From an uncultured Verrucomicrobiae bacterium (GTDB taxonomy: Bacteria > Verrucomicrobiota > Verrucomicrobiia > Chthoniobacterales > JAFAMB01): a stretch of DNA of 64,000 bases. A program made the position numbers and the translations under genes. The stretch spans positions 576,001 to 640,000 of the forward strand of contig CAWIPH010000002.1 of NCBI GenBank assembly GCA_963837955.1, given 5' to 3'. Positions 1 through 9,086 of this stretch are shown piece after piece; positions within the stretch are counted from its first letter, which is position 1; the number at the start of each line of letters is the position of its first letter. The notes under the pieces are model-generated. The model did no database searches. It was not told where the DNA came from and worked only from the letters and a program-made list of their open reading frames with translations.

Positions 1-2
1 TA

Positions 3-806
3 GTTTCTATCTGGGCCGCGGCATGCTCCACGGGCGACGCATACATTGTTCACGATCCGATTCATACGGTCTTAAATATCTTGCAACAGGTAATCGGACA
101 GGTCAGGCAGGAGCTGCAACACGCGGAGGATGTGGCCAAGTATGCGGAAATGATCCAAAAACAGATGCAGCAGATCCAGCAGTTAACTACCATGATTAAC
201 CAAAACGTCGAGCAATTGCGCCGGATCGGTGATCCAAACATCTATGTAAATATGCTAGGATTAGACACTCTGTTCAACGAAATCAGCCGACTGAAGAACG
301 GAGTAGGAGCGACCATGGCCGAGTTTCAGCAGACAGCGGATGGCGTGATAGCACTGAAGTATACCGGGAATGGGCTTTACCAAGACCTCAGTAACATGCC
401 GGATCGCTTTGGAAAGATTGTTCAATATGACGTGAACAGTTTCAAAAAGTTCGGAACCGTTCAAGATATGTACGCGTCATTCAATACTGAGCTTGAACAG
501 GCCAACCAATCGTTGGCGGCCCTGTATCAAGAGAAACAGACTACGCTGCAGCTACTGAACTCTGCCGGATCCTTAATCGAGGTCGAAAAGCAAAAGGCCA
601 AACTTCAGGCCGTTCAAACAAGCATCGACAATGTCCACGCGCGAATGAACATGGCGGCGCAGAAGTTACTCGTCCAACAGTCTGTGAATCAGAACGATCA
701 AGCGCGAACACAACAAGCCATCCTTCAGCAACGCCTCCAGGAAGCCGCTGAAGAAGACTTGGGTATGCAGCAGAATGCGAGCCGGATGATAGAGGCATTG
801 AAATAA
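3..806 (+). CDS. TrbJ/VirB5-like T4SS minor pilin/coiled-coil protein (5' end outside the window)
   Basis: The frame is open from position 3 (..AAACSTGDAYIVHDP..). The V-x-DP motif is followed by Gln-rich amphipathic helices typical of TrbJ/VirB5, and the gene lies directly upstream of a TrbL-like gene. Confidence 0.6.
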   Translation, partial: VSIWAAACSTGDAYIVHDPIHTVLNILQQVIGQVRQELQHAEDVAKYAEMIQKQMQQIQQLTTMINQNVEQLRRIGDPNIYVNMLGLDTLFNEISRLKNGVGATMAEFQQTADGVIALKYTGNGLYQDLSNMPDRFGKIVQYDVNSFKKFGTVQDMYASFNTELEQANQSLAALYQEKQTTLQLLNSAGSLIEVEKQKAKLQAVQTSIDNVHARMNMAAQKLLVQQSVNQNDQARTQQAILQQRLQEAAEEDLGMQQNASRMIEALK

Positions 807-813
807 CGTTCCT

Positions 814-2157
814 ATGTTCATACTCGCCTCTTCTGCTCCAGCCACCAGTGGGGCAACGCCTTCAGTAAACTTTGAAGCTATTTTGCAGTCGATGCAAGGC
901 ATTGAGCAGCAGATGCAACCGCTCTCGATCGTTGTAGCGTTCTTCTTGTTGGTCTTTGGTACTATGCGCGGATTTTTGCAGCCTGACGGGCGAAAATTTA
1001 TGCTGAATCTCCTGCGAGCTATTATTCTTGTATGTCTGATCGGGAATTGGATAACCATTAAGCAGTGGACAAATGATGCAGTAAACGGACTTACCCAGTA
1101 TCGCATTAGCGTTAACTTTCAGGGAATCCCGGCGGGCGATCAGCAAACCACGGTTGGGCTGGATGTGGAGCAAATCCGCCAGATGATTAACCAGAAGGTA
1201 GTTCAAACGAATCAAAATGGCGGACTTGGGTTTTGGGATTGGTTCAACCCGTTTTCTGTCGTTGGTGGTCAGATAAAGGGCCTCGTCGGCAGCTTGATAG
1301 CGCATCCGTTGGCGATGGTTCTTTGGGGTTTGTACTTTGGAACTCTCTATCTCTGCGAGTGGATTATCGTCATCATGAATTTTCTGCAACGGGCAATAGG
1401 GATTTTTCTGGATCTCTATGTGCCGGTCGCGTTGGCTGAGTTTTCGGTCCAGAATATGCGAGCCCAGGCAGAGTCATTCTTTAAGACCTACATCGGTGTC
1501 TTCTGCTGGCCGATTGGTTGGGTGTTTACCAATCTTGTGACCCTCGCGCTTCTGCAAACACTGACCGCTCCGAATCAGACCGATCCGTCTCAGATTCTGA
1601 TGGCCATCGTTTGGTCGGTTCCGATTCTGCTTTGGGTGATCATCGGACATGTAATTGGACCTTTTTACGCTCAGAAGGTTGTGGCTCGGGGAGGAGCAGA
1701 ATTGCAGGCCTTCGCAGGTGCGATGGTGGCCGCCGTCGGGGGGACCACCGGCGCAACGTACGCTGGAGCGTTACGTTTCGGCGCGAAGCGAATGCGCGGT
1801 TTGCAAAAGGATAGTGACACTCCAGGCGAAGGCGGGCAGGAGAAATCCGGCGGTTGGGTAGGTGTGCCTGAGTTTGGAGGATCCAACGCTGGTCTCGGCA
1901 TTAGCGGTCGACAAGATAGGCCAACTCATGGTTGGTGGCCGGGCCTGCGGGCCAAAGGAGCTGAAGTGGGTGCGAAAGCCAGTGATCTTACCGCCGGCGT
2001 TTCGGAAACTGGTGGAAACCTTGCGAGCACCATGGGTTCGATGATCGTGAATGCGAGCATGAACCGTATCGGCCCGGAAGGTCACTTTCGGTTTGGTTCT
2101 TTCAGAAAATCGGAGCCTAACCGCTCGTCGCAACGAGCAAGAAGTTACTTAAACTAA
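814..2157 (+). CDS. trbL: TrbL/VirB6-like polytopic inner-membrane T4SS protein
   Basis: About 6-7 hydrophobic segments followed by a Gly/Ala-rich low-complexity tail; sits between TrbJ-like and VirB8-like genes. Confidence 0.65.
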   Translation: MFILASSAPATSGATPSVNFEAILQSMQGIEQQMQPLSIVVAFFLLVFGTMRGFLQPDGRKFMLNLLRAIILVCLIGNWITIKQWTNDAVNGLTQYRISVNFQGIPAGDQQTTVGLDVEQIRQMINQKVVQTNQNGGLGFWDWFNPFSVVGGQIKGLVGSLIAHPLAMVLWGLYFGTLYLCEWIIVIMNFLQRAIGIFLDLYVPVALAEFSVQNMRAQAESFFKTYIGVFCWPIGWVFTNLVTLALLQTLTAPNQTDPSQILMAIVWSVPILLWVIIGHVIGPFYAQKVVARGGAELQAFAGAMVAAVGGTTGATYAGALRFGAKRMRGLQKDSDTPGEGGQEKSGGWVGVPEFGGSNAGLGISGRQDRPTHGWWPGLRAKGAEVGAKASDLTAGVSETGGNLASTMGSMIVNASMNRIGPEGHFRFGSFRKSEPNRSSQRARSYLN

Positions 2158-2172
2158 TTCGCGCGGGTAGCA

Positions 2173-2991
2173 ATGAGGCGAGAAATGAGTGGTGAGAATG
2201 TAGAACCGGCCGAATCTGCGACAGAGTTTGCCGGGACTCTATTGGAATCCGGTCGACCAACGGGTGAGAATGGCAGTAAACCAACCCATTCGGGATGGAT
2301 CGATTCAGATCAATTGGAAGAAACGGAGGTCGAACGAAATCCATTGCGAGAAGAGGCGCCACGGAACAATCGGGCAGCAAACAGTCTCGCTTCAGCCCAA
2401 CGGACTATGCGATTGCTCTGGATTGCGCTGATAGTTTCACTTTGCGCACATTGCGTGATCCCTGCTTATATCGTCACTGCGATGGCGCGTCCCGAAAAGG
2501 TGGCACTCATGGACGGAACCCAGTCACTGATCATCACACCTTTGGTACCCATGGAGCAAAGTCGGGAAATTCTTGAAACCATTTCTTATTGGGCGGCGAA
2601 ATCGTTCCTGGACCGAGGCCCGCAAGGATTTGATGCGGCTGATACTTTAGACCGTGTTTTTCTCCCTGGTGCGGCTGATAAGGCGAAAAACGAATTCAAA
2701 ACCGTAGCCGCAGAATTCGCGAAAAAGAACATCCACCAAAAACTGGAAATTGCGCGGATTGACCTTCAACGACTGGATGACCAAATCATCCTGAGCAGAG
2801 TGGTAGGCCAGATTCTGACACAAGCTCAGGTCGGAGACGAACAGGTAAATCAACCACAACCAATCACACTAGATCTGAAACTAGCGAGAAATCCCTATCT
2901 AGGGCGTAATCAGCGCTATCCGTATGCCGTAAAAGACTACGTATTCGGACAACCTGAACAGTTAGCTACTCTTACTCGGGATCAAAAATAA
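2173..2991 (+). CDS. TrbF/VirB8-like bitopic T4SS protein
   Basis: Cytoplasmic N-terminus, one TM (LLWIALIVSLCAHCVIPAYIV), periplasmic domain ending in an NP motif (ARNPYLG); operon position fits. Confidence 0.55.
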   Translation: MRREMSGENVEPAESATEFAGTLLESGRPTGENGSKPTHSGWIDSDQLEETEVERNPLREEAPRNNRAANSLASAQRTMRLLWIALIVSLCAHCVIPAYIVTAMARPEKVALMDGTQSLIITPLVPMEQSREILETISYWAAKSFLDRGPQGFDAADTLDRVFLPGAADKAKNEFKTVAAEFAKKNIHQKLEIARIDLQRLDDQIILSRVVGQILTQAQVGDEQVNQPQPITLDLKLARNPYLGRNQRYPYAVKDYVFGQPEQLATLTRDQK

Positions 2992-4073
2992 TGAGGTTCC
3001 TACTGACTATTCTTGTTTGCGTGACTGCTGTCTTAGCCATCGGCCAGGAAAACCTGACGTCGAAAGTTGTTCGGTTTCCCCTGAATCAGGATCAGCCCTC
3101 TGTGATTAAGCTTGGTATTCATGGGATTACCACGATTGAATTTCCGGCGAAGATCGAAGCTCTGGATGGCTATGGATTCAGCCTAAACCCGGCACCCGAT
3201 GGGCAGGATCTTTTTCAAATCTCCTTTAATAAAGGGACCAATTTTATTTCTTTGAAGGCTGTTAGACCCGGGGTTGAAGGAAATCTAACTGTCGTCCTGG
3301 ACGGAAAGGCCTACGCGCTTTTTTGTAAGGAAGCTCCCGATCCGAGCTTTATCGTGATTTTCGAAGACGCAGGAAGCAAACGAGTTGCGGATCAACCACA
3401 GCCTTCCAAACATCCGGAAGTCTCGCCTGCTCGCCTGCTCGGGTTTCTCGACAAGTTAAAAGGATTTCCCACCCTCAAGGTGAGCGCTCCCGAAATCTAT
3501 CAAAACATGGACGTCGCGGAACCGAATTCTCGTTCAGGTTTTCAAAAGGTAGACATCTCGCTAAAGCGAGTCATTCGGGATGAAGCTTTAGACACCCTGG
3601 GATTTGAAGTCCTTCTGGCAAACAAGTCCGATAAGGACTTTATCTATGATCCGGAGAGTTTTGCTGTGCGGGTTGGTGAGGAGGTTTACCAACAATCAGT
3701 CTCTGACGCGGGCGGTCTAGTCCCTGCGGGCAAAAGCCAAACAGCATTCTTTGCGGTGACCGGTGGCGATAATGGAGGGCGCAACGATCTGGCAGTGACC
3801 AACAAATTCGAAATCGTTTTGCGCCAGATACAAGGAGAAATGGATCCACAGCGGAATGTGTCGGCGGAATGGCAAGAGCCGCCGAACACGATCCCCACCG
3901 CCCAAACCGCCGGAAAGGAGCCGGAATTACCTCAAACCGGTCAGGAACCGTCTACGATCAAGTTATCCACGCCCAAAAAAAACGCGAAACGCTCTCGAAC
4001 GGACTCGAAAGATCAAACCAAAGGGGGAGACACTTCCACAACCCAAAAGAAGGTAGCAGAGCATAATGAATAG
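2991..4073 (+). CDS. TrbG/VirB9/TraK-like secreted core-complex protein
   Basis: Signal peptide, 'ITTIEFP' beta-rich N-domain, TAATG coupling to the upstream gene, located just before VirB10. Confidence 0.55.
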   Translation: MRFLLTILVCVTAVLAIGQENLTSKVVRFPLNQDQPSVIKLGIHGITTIEFPAKIEALDGYGFSLNPAPDGQDLFQISFNKGTNFISLKAVRPGVEGNLTVVLDGKAYALFCKEAPDPSFIVIFEDAGSKRVADQPQPSKHPEVSPARLLGFLDKLKGFPTLKVSAPEIYQNMDVAEPNSRSGFQKVDISLKRVIRDEALDTLGFEVLLANKSDKDFIYDPESFAVRVGEEVYQQSVSDAGGLVPAGKSQTAFFAVTGGDNGGRNDLAVTNKFEIVLRQIQGEMDPQRNVSAEWQEPPNTIPTAQTAGKEPELPQTGQEPSTIKLSTPKKNAKRSRTDSKDQTKGGDTSTTQKKVAEHNE

Positions 4074-5208
4074 ACGGACTTTGACCATAGGAGCAGTCGG
4101 AATTTTGTCGGTTGTCGGAACATTCCTTTACGCACTGCTTCAAAAAGGCGGCGTACAAAGGATCGCCGCCCGCCAAAGCGAGGTCGTGCAAGATGCTGGG
4201 AAACTGACCGAGCCAATGACTTCTTCGATCCGGAATTTTAACCCGGTCATCGCGGGAGCTCCAAAGGCAAAGGTCACATCACGACAGGTCTCTTTGACGC
4301 GGACCCCTGAACCTGGAGCAATGCCTAACATCTCTGGTTCAACTTCAATCAGTATTTTCGCCGCGGAGCCGCAGGCCGAAAAGCCGTCACTGCGAGGTCC
4401 GAAAGGCGACTACGCCCCGGCGTTTCGGCTTGTAAAGTGTCAGCTCGTCAACACGGTCGACTCCAGCAATCTGACAACGCCAATCATTGGTCTAGTGGCG
4501 GAAGATCTTAGCTGGAATGGAAAGGTTATCATACGGGCAAACTCAGAAGTGCACGGTATCGCAAGCGTCGATCGAGTTCGTGAACGAATTGCCAGCGACG
4601 GCGAATTCACCTTTGTTTTAAATGAACCTGATCGAAGAGGACGTGAGCTGGTTATCAAAGGATTGGTTCTGGATATGGAGCGGGATCCAGAGTACGACAC
4701 CTACGGAATTACAGACGGGAGCGCAGGTTTACGCGGGGATGTGGTCCGCACAGCCAACAACGATGTGATCAAGCTTTACGCAGCATCCCTAATCAGTGGC
4801 ATGTCGAGCGCAGTTTCGAGCGGGAATTCCGGAATTTTAGGCAACCGGGTTTACACCAACAACAGTTCGCTTGGCCTTAGCGCGCTTCAGGGGGCGGTCA
4901 TCAATCCGATTGCCGGCGGTACTCAGGGAGTGCTCGACCGATACGCAGACCAGATTTTGAAATCGATCGAGCGTGACGGTTTCTTTGTTCGGGTTCCGGC
5001 CGGGAAGCAATTCTATGTGTACTGCAGCGAAGCGATTGATTTAAGTCGGGCCAAGATCGGAGCCGACGATGAGCGCGATGCTCGCGCCCAAGCTGATCTG
5101 GAAAGAAAGGTGCGGGACCAAGTTCGAAGAGCGCTTCCGGTGGATACGGCTAATTTGTTAAACCCTCTGTTACCTGCTTTGAATTCGATAAATCAGAACA
5201 AAAATTGA
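4066..5208 (+). CDS. trbI: TrbI/VirB10 family T4SS core protein
   Basis: N-terminal TM, Pro-rich linker, and C-domain motifs (C-x-L-x-N-x-V-D-S, 'DGSAGLRG', 'FVRVPAGKQFYVY'). Confidence 0.8.
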   Translation: MNRRTLTIGAVGILSVVGTFLYALLQKGGVQRIAARQSEVVQDAGKLTEPMTSSIRNFNPVIAGAPKAKVTSRQVSLTRTPEPGAMPNISGSTSISIFAAEPQAEKPSLRGPKGDYAPAFRLVKCQLVNTVDSSNLTTPIIGLVAEDLSWNGKVIIRANSEVHGIASVDRVRERIASDGEFTFVLNEPDRRGRELVIKGLVLDMERDPEYDTYGITDGSAGLRGDVVRTANNDVIKLYAASLISGMSSAVSSGNSGILGNRVYTNNSSLGLSALQGAVINPIAGGTQGVLDRYADQILKSIERDGFFVRVPAGKQFYVYCSEAIDLSRAKIGADDERDARAQADLERKVRDQVRRALPVDTANLLNPLLPALNSINQNKN

Positions 5209-5210
5209 AT

Positions 5211-5870
5211 ATGTTTGTATTACTCGTCCGATTGGCCGTTTTTTTTGAATTCACCTTAATGTTAGGGTGCACAAACCCTAAACCGCGGGCAGTAGTCCTT
5301 CCGGTTCGCACGTTTTCGCCAGTCGCTAAGACGACGGAGAATAGGACCTTCCAAAATGCCTCAATTGGCACTGTAGCAAATGTTCGTCAGAGCGAATCTG
5401 TGAAGGCTTATGGAATGAACCGTTACGTCGATCCGTCGGATCCAAGAGTCCTTCACGAAAGGCACGCGATTTACAGAATTGAGCAACAGCCGCGCTGGGT
5501 TACTCAAGGCTATGGGAATCAAAACGGCATCCTCTTGGGCCCGATCGTAGGGCTTCGCAACGCACAATATGCGCCTGAGCCGCTTCCGGGAGAGGCAGCC
5601 CGCGATATCGCGCAAACTAAGCAGGGTCTGCAGGACGCGAATCGGGACATTCATGCGGTTCAGCAGAATCAGGAAAAGTTGGCGGCCTCGGTTCAGTCTT
5701 TGGCGGAGCAGACGCTGGATGCTCAACGCAAACTGACAACTGTCGTGTCAACTCTCAATGGACGGCTGCAAAAGCTCGAAGGAAATTCGGACGCGATGGC
5801 CGAAGGCTCCGGAGGTCCGAGCGAGAACAAGGTGCCGCCGGGAGGAGTTATTCTTCGAAAGGGGGAGTGA
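5211..5870 (+). CDS. Putative lipoprotein with C-terminal coiled coil, T4SS operon-associated
   Basis: Hydrophobic leader with lipobox-like MLGC; heptad-rich C-terminal helix; adjacent to trbI. Confidence 0.5.
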   Translation: MFVLLVRLAVFFEFTLMLGCTNPKPRAVVLPVRTFSPVAKTTENRTFQNASIGTVANVRQSESVKAYGMNRYVDPSDPRVLHERHAIYRIEQQPRWVTQGYGNQNGILLGPIVGLRNAQYAPEPLPGEAARDIAQTKQGLQDANRDIHAVQQNQEKLAASVQSLAEQTLDAQRKLTTVVSTLNGRLQKLEGNSDAMAEGSGGPSENKVPPGGVILRKGE

Positions 5871-5956
5871 TCAGGGGAATGTGCTTGGCTCGCTCGCGCC
5901 CGCTGACCGATCATGCTTAGCCGGGGAGGCAAGCGCATCGAACCGGGTTGAGACTG

Positions 5957-6922
5957 ATGCAGGACCTAAGCCGGATAGAACCGAGTGGTAAAGACAAAGC
6001 TCGGCATAGTGGGGGGACTGGGGTTGGAAGCGGATCCGAATGGCACTCCTATCTCGGCTGTCTTGCTCCAGCTCTGGAAAGCAAAATCCTCGGCCAAAAA
6101 AGCGCCATCTCTCGGGTCGCTCGAGCCGTTCAAGCCGCAGAATTGGGGCTAAACGAACATACGTCCCAACCTAAGGCAAGTTTCCTGTTCCTTGGCCCAA
6201 CTGGTGTGGGAAAAACCGAAACGGCCAGATGCTTCTCCGAGTACTTGTTTGGATCCAACAACGCGCTGGAAGTGGTCTTCATGAATGAATACTCGGTAGA
6301 TAGTCGCTTTCAGGAATTCCTAGAGCGCACAGAAGCAGCAATCCGCCGACATCCAAACGGAACGACGTTACTCTTCGACGAAGTCGAAAAAGCGCATCCG
6401 AGATTAATCGAAGTATTTCTATCGCTATTGGAGGAGGGCATCTTGACTACATGGGCCGGTGACCGCGTCGGGGTCAGTCAATTCTATTTAGTCATGACGA
6501 CCAATCTTGGTAGCGGGGATCTGGCGAAAATGGAGAACGCACCATATACGACTATGGAAAGGGTGGCACTGGCTGTGGCTAGTCAATCCCTGCGCCCTGA
6601 GCTTTTTGCGCGCATCACGGAACGGATCGTTTTCCGGCCGCTCGATCTTGAAACTCAGAAAATAATCCTTGCGGCATTGATTAAGAAAAAGCTTGCGGTG
6701 CTCTCGCGATTTTTCGGCCAGCCGTTGACGATTGATGCTGGCCCAGTGATGGCCTTCTTGCTCCGCGTTGGGTACAACAAGGCTCAAGGCGCGCGAATGC
6801 TGCGGCAGGAGGTCGATCGGCAATTGAACTCCGCGAGCTTGGTTTGGGCGTTAAATAACGAATCTCCCAAGCATGGACAATTTTCCTATGACGCGACGGC
6901 TGGTGGGTTGATCCTCCGATAG
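5957..6922 (+). CDS. Single-domain ClpA/ClpB-D2-like AAA+ ATPase
   Basis: ILGQ, Walker A GPTGVGKTE, Walker B LLFDEVEKAH, sensor-1 MTTN, RPELFARI, sensor-2 GARMLR. No Clp N-domain or D1 ring. Confidence 0.85.
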   Translation: MQDLSRIEPSGKDKARHSGGTGVGSGSEWHSYLGCLAPALESKILGQKSAISRVARAVQAAELGLNEHTSQPKASFLFLGPTGVGKTETARCFSEYLFGSNNALEVVFMNEYSVDSRFQEFLERTEAAIRRHPNGTTLLFDEVEKAHPRLIEVFLSLLEEGILTTWAGDRVGVSQFYLVMTTNLGSGDLAKMENAPYTTMERVALAVASQSLRPELFARITERIVFRPLDLETQKIILAALIKKKLAVLSRFFGQPLTIDAGPVMAFLLRVGYNKAQGARMLRQEVDRQLNSASLVWALNNESPKHGQFSYDATAGGLILR

Positions 6923-7009
6923 AAATTTCGGTAAACGTGAGCGCTCGGAGGCTGAGCAAATTGATTGTCGGAGGCAGGCTTGCGTGGTCAGGTGATCTCT
7001 ATTCTCATT

Positions 7010-7423
7010 ATGGCATCCGAGCTCGCTCTTCCGGTTAGTCTTGATCATTGCGTCATCCATGTTTCGGATTGGGAGAGATCCAATCGTTTCTACTCTGAAG
7101 TGCTCGGTGCCGAACTGATTTCCAGGAACGGACGAACAGCTTATCGATTTGGGACAATCCAACTGAATGTACACGGGCCAGGTGCCTCAGCTGGACCGCT
7201 CGCTAAGATACCGGTGCCACCCGGAGGTAGTGATCTTTGCTTTGTCTGGGAAGGACCGATTGCAGCCGCTGTCGAACACCTCGTCGCTCAAGGCGTTTCG
7301 GTCGAGACTGGCCCTGTCGCGAGGAACGGAGCTCAAGGAGCGGGAACGTCTGTCTATTTTCGTGATCCCGACGGCTCGCTTCTTGAGTTCATTTCGTATT
7401 CGGACGCCCGACCGAGGGATTAA
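7010..7423 (+). CDS. VOC/glyoxalase family protein
   Basis: LDHCVIHV, FY..VLG and SVYFRDPDGSLLE motifs. Confidence 0.9.
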   Translation: MASELALPVSLDHCVIHVSDWERSNRFYSEVLGAELISRNGRTAYRFGTIQLNVHGPGASAGPLAKIPVPPGGSDLCFVWEGPIAAAVEHLVAQGVSVETGPVARNGAQGAGTSVYFRDPDGSLLEFISYSDARPRD

Positions 7424-7759
7424 GAGTTTGCTCCGGGGTGTCATCCAGGTCATTTTCGATAGGCGAAACCCTGGGTGACGCACGCCATCCAGTTTGGGCC
7501 ATTTGGGTTGGATGGTTCGAGCACGGACTGGACTGAAGCCGGGCGCGGTGAGATTCGCCTCGATGATCGGGCCAGGTTTTGGTTACATCATGCGTGGCTG
7601 TTCCCAATCCATTGTGATAGATCGGAAATTGCGTTGAGTGACTCAGAAGACGGTGGGGGCGAGGATCTCTCCGTTCCTTCGGTTATAACGAAGTAAGACC
7701 GATGCAGAATCAGAATTGAATGTTTCCCTCGAAAACAGTTACGTTTCCTTATCTTTTTG

Positions 7760-8872
7760 ATGAGCGATCATCCGCACTCCTCACGCTCCGATAGTTTTCG
7801 GAGGCTCCTTTCTGCAGCTCTGACGTTTGGAATCATCATTGCGGTTTTCTACATCTTGAGCATCGGGAGGGACTTTTTCGTTCCTTTGGTCGTCGCATTT
7901 CTTGCCGTTTACTTGGTCGATATTCTCAGTCGATTGGTGGGCCGAATTCGTTTGGCCGGACACCAGATTCCTAAGATCGTCTCTGTGATTATCTCCTTTG
8001 CTATCATCTTTGGGCTCGGATTTGTGTTAGTGGCGATTATTGCAAACAACGCTGTTCACATCGCCGCGGTGGCGCCTCGCTACCAGGTGCGACTCCAGCA
8101 ACTTCAGACCGAAATCTTCGCGAAGTTCGGAGTAGAAGAGCCGCCGGAGCTGGCGGCAATTTTGCGAACCTTGGATTTGCGAGGCATCTTTAGCGCCGTC
8201 GCCAAATCGGTCGCGAGTTTACTAGAGGGCGTAACTCTTGTGGTGATTTATGGCCTCTTCATTCTGCTGGAGTCGAGGTTCTTGCCTGCCAAGTTGGCCG
8301 CAATCTTTCCGGACCACCTTCAGCGGAAAACAGTGCTGCACACAATCCAGCGCATCGACCGCGACATTCACACCTACCTGGGAGTCAAGACGGCGGTGAG
8401 TCTCGCCAGCGCAATTCTAGCTTATATCTTAATGCGGCTGGTCGGGCTGGATTTCGCCGAATTCTGGGCGCTGCTGATTTTCGTTCTACATTTCATTCCG
8501 ACAATTGGCGTTATCGCGGCAACCATTTGTCCAACTTTACTGGCTGCTGTTCAGTTTAATAGCCTGGGACCCTGCTTGGTCGTCGGAGTTGGAATTACCG
8601 CGATAGCCCAGTTAATGGGCAACATCGTCGAACCGAACGTAATGGGAGAAACGCTTAACTTAAGCCCGCTAACCGTCATCATAGCGCTCATTCTGTGGGG
8701 AACTGTCTGGGGGGTACTGGGAGCGTTTCTCTGTGTGCCTTTGACAGTGATTTTTGTCATCGTCATGTCAAATTTCAAATCAACACGCTGGATCTCAATT
8801 CTCCTTTCTAAGACTGGCAAGCTGCACCCGGGCGATCCGCCGATCGAAGCAAATGAGACTACCTTGCTATAG
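7760..8872 (+). CDS. AI-2E family transporter
   Basis: Multi-TM protein with 'FIPTIG', 'EPNVMG..LNLSP', 'WG..G..L.VPLT'. Confidence 0.9.
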   Translation: MSDHPHSSRSDSFRRLLSAALTFGIIIAVFYILSIGRDFFVPLVVAFLAVYLVDILSRLVGRIRLAGHQIPKIVSVIISFAIIFGLGFVLVAIIANNAVHIAAVAPRYQVRLQQLQTEIFAKFGVEEPPELAAILRTLDLRGIFSAVAKSVASLLEGVTLVVIYGLFILLESRFLPAKLAAIFPDHLQRKTVLHTIQRIDRDIHTYLGVKTAVSLASAILAYILMRLVGLDFAEFWALLIFVLHFIPTIGVIAATICPTLLAAVQFNSLGPCLVVGVGITAIAQLMGNIVEPNVMGETLNLSPLTVIIALILWGTVWGVLGAFLCVPLTVIFVIVMSNFKSTRWISILLSKTGKLHPGDPPIEANETTLL

Positions 8873-9086
8873 GGCGATCTGACGTTTCCAGCTCCTGAGT
8901 CATCCCACGTTCTCAGTTCGAATGTGGAAATTGAGTGACTACAGATTCGAACTAAGTTACGCCTATCTACAACATGTAGTGAAAATGTATCGTTATTTGC
9001 TGTGGCTAGCCTGAAACATGTTTGATCTTTTTGATTATTCAGCAAATTCGATTCTTGTTGTTCCGCAATCCCACCCGCTAGCACCT

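Noticed and set aside
5957..6922. Type VI secretion ClpV or housekeeping clpB
   Set aside because: Only one AAA domain, no N-domain, and no tss genes nearby.
7424..7756. Short ORFs (7475-7696, 7389-7607) or an att site ending the T4SS island
   Set aside because: No recognisable motifs, tRNA fragment or direct repeat; cannot be assessed without the left boundary.
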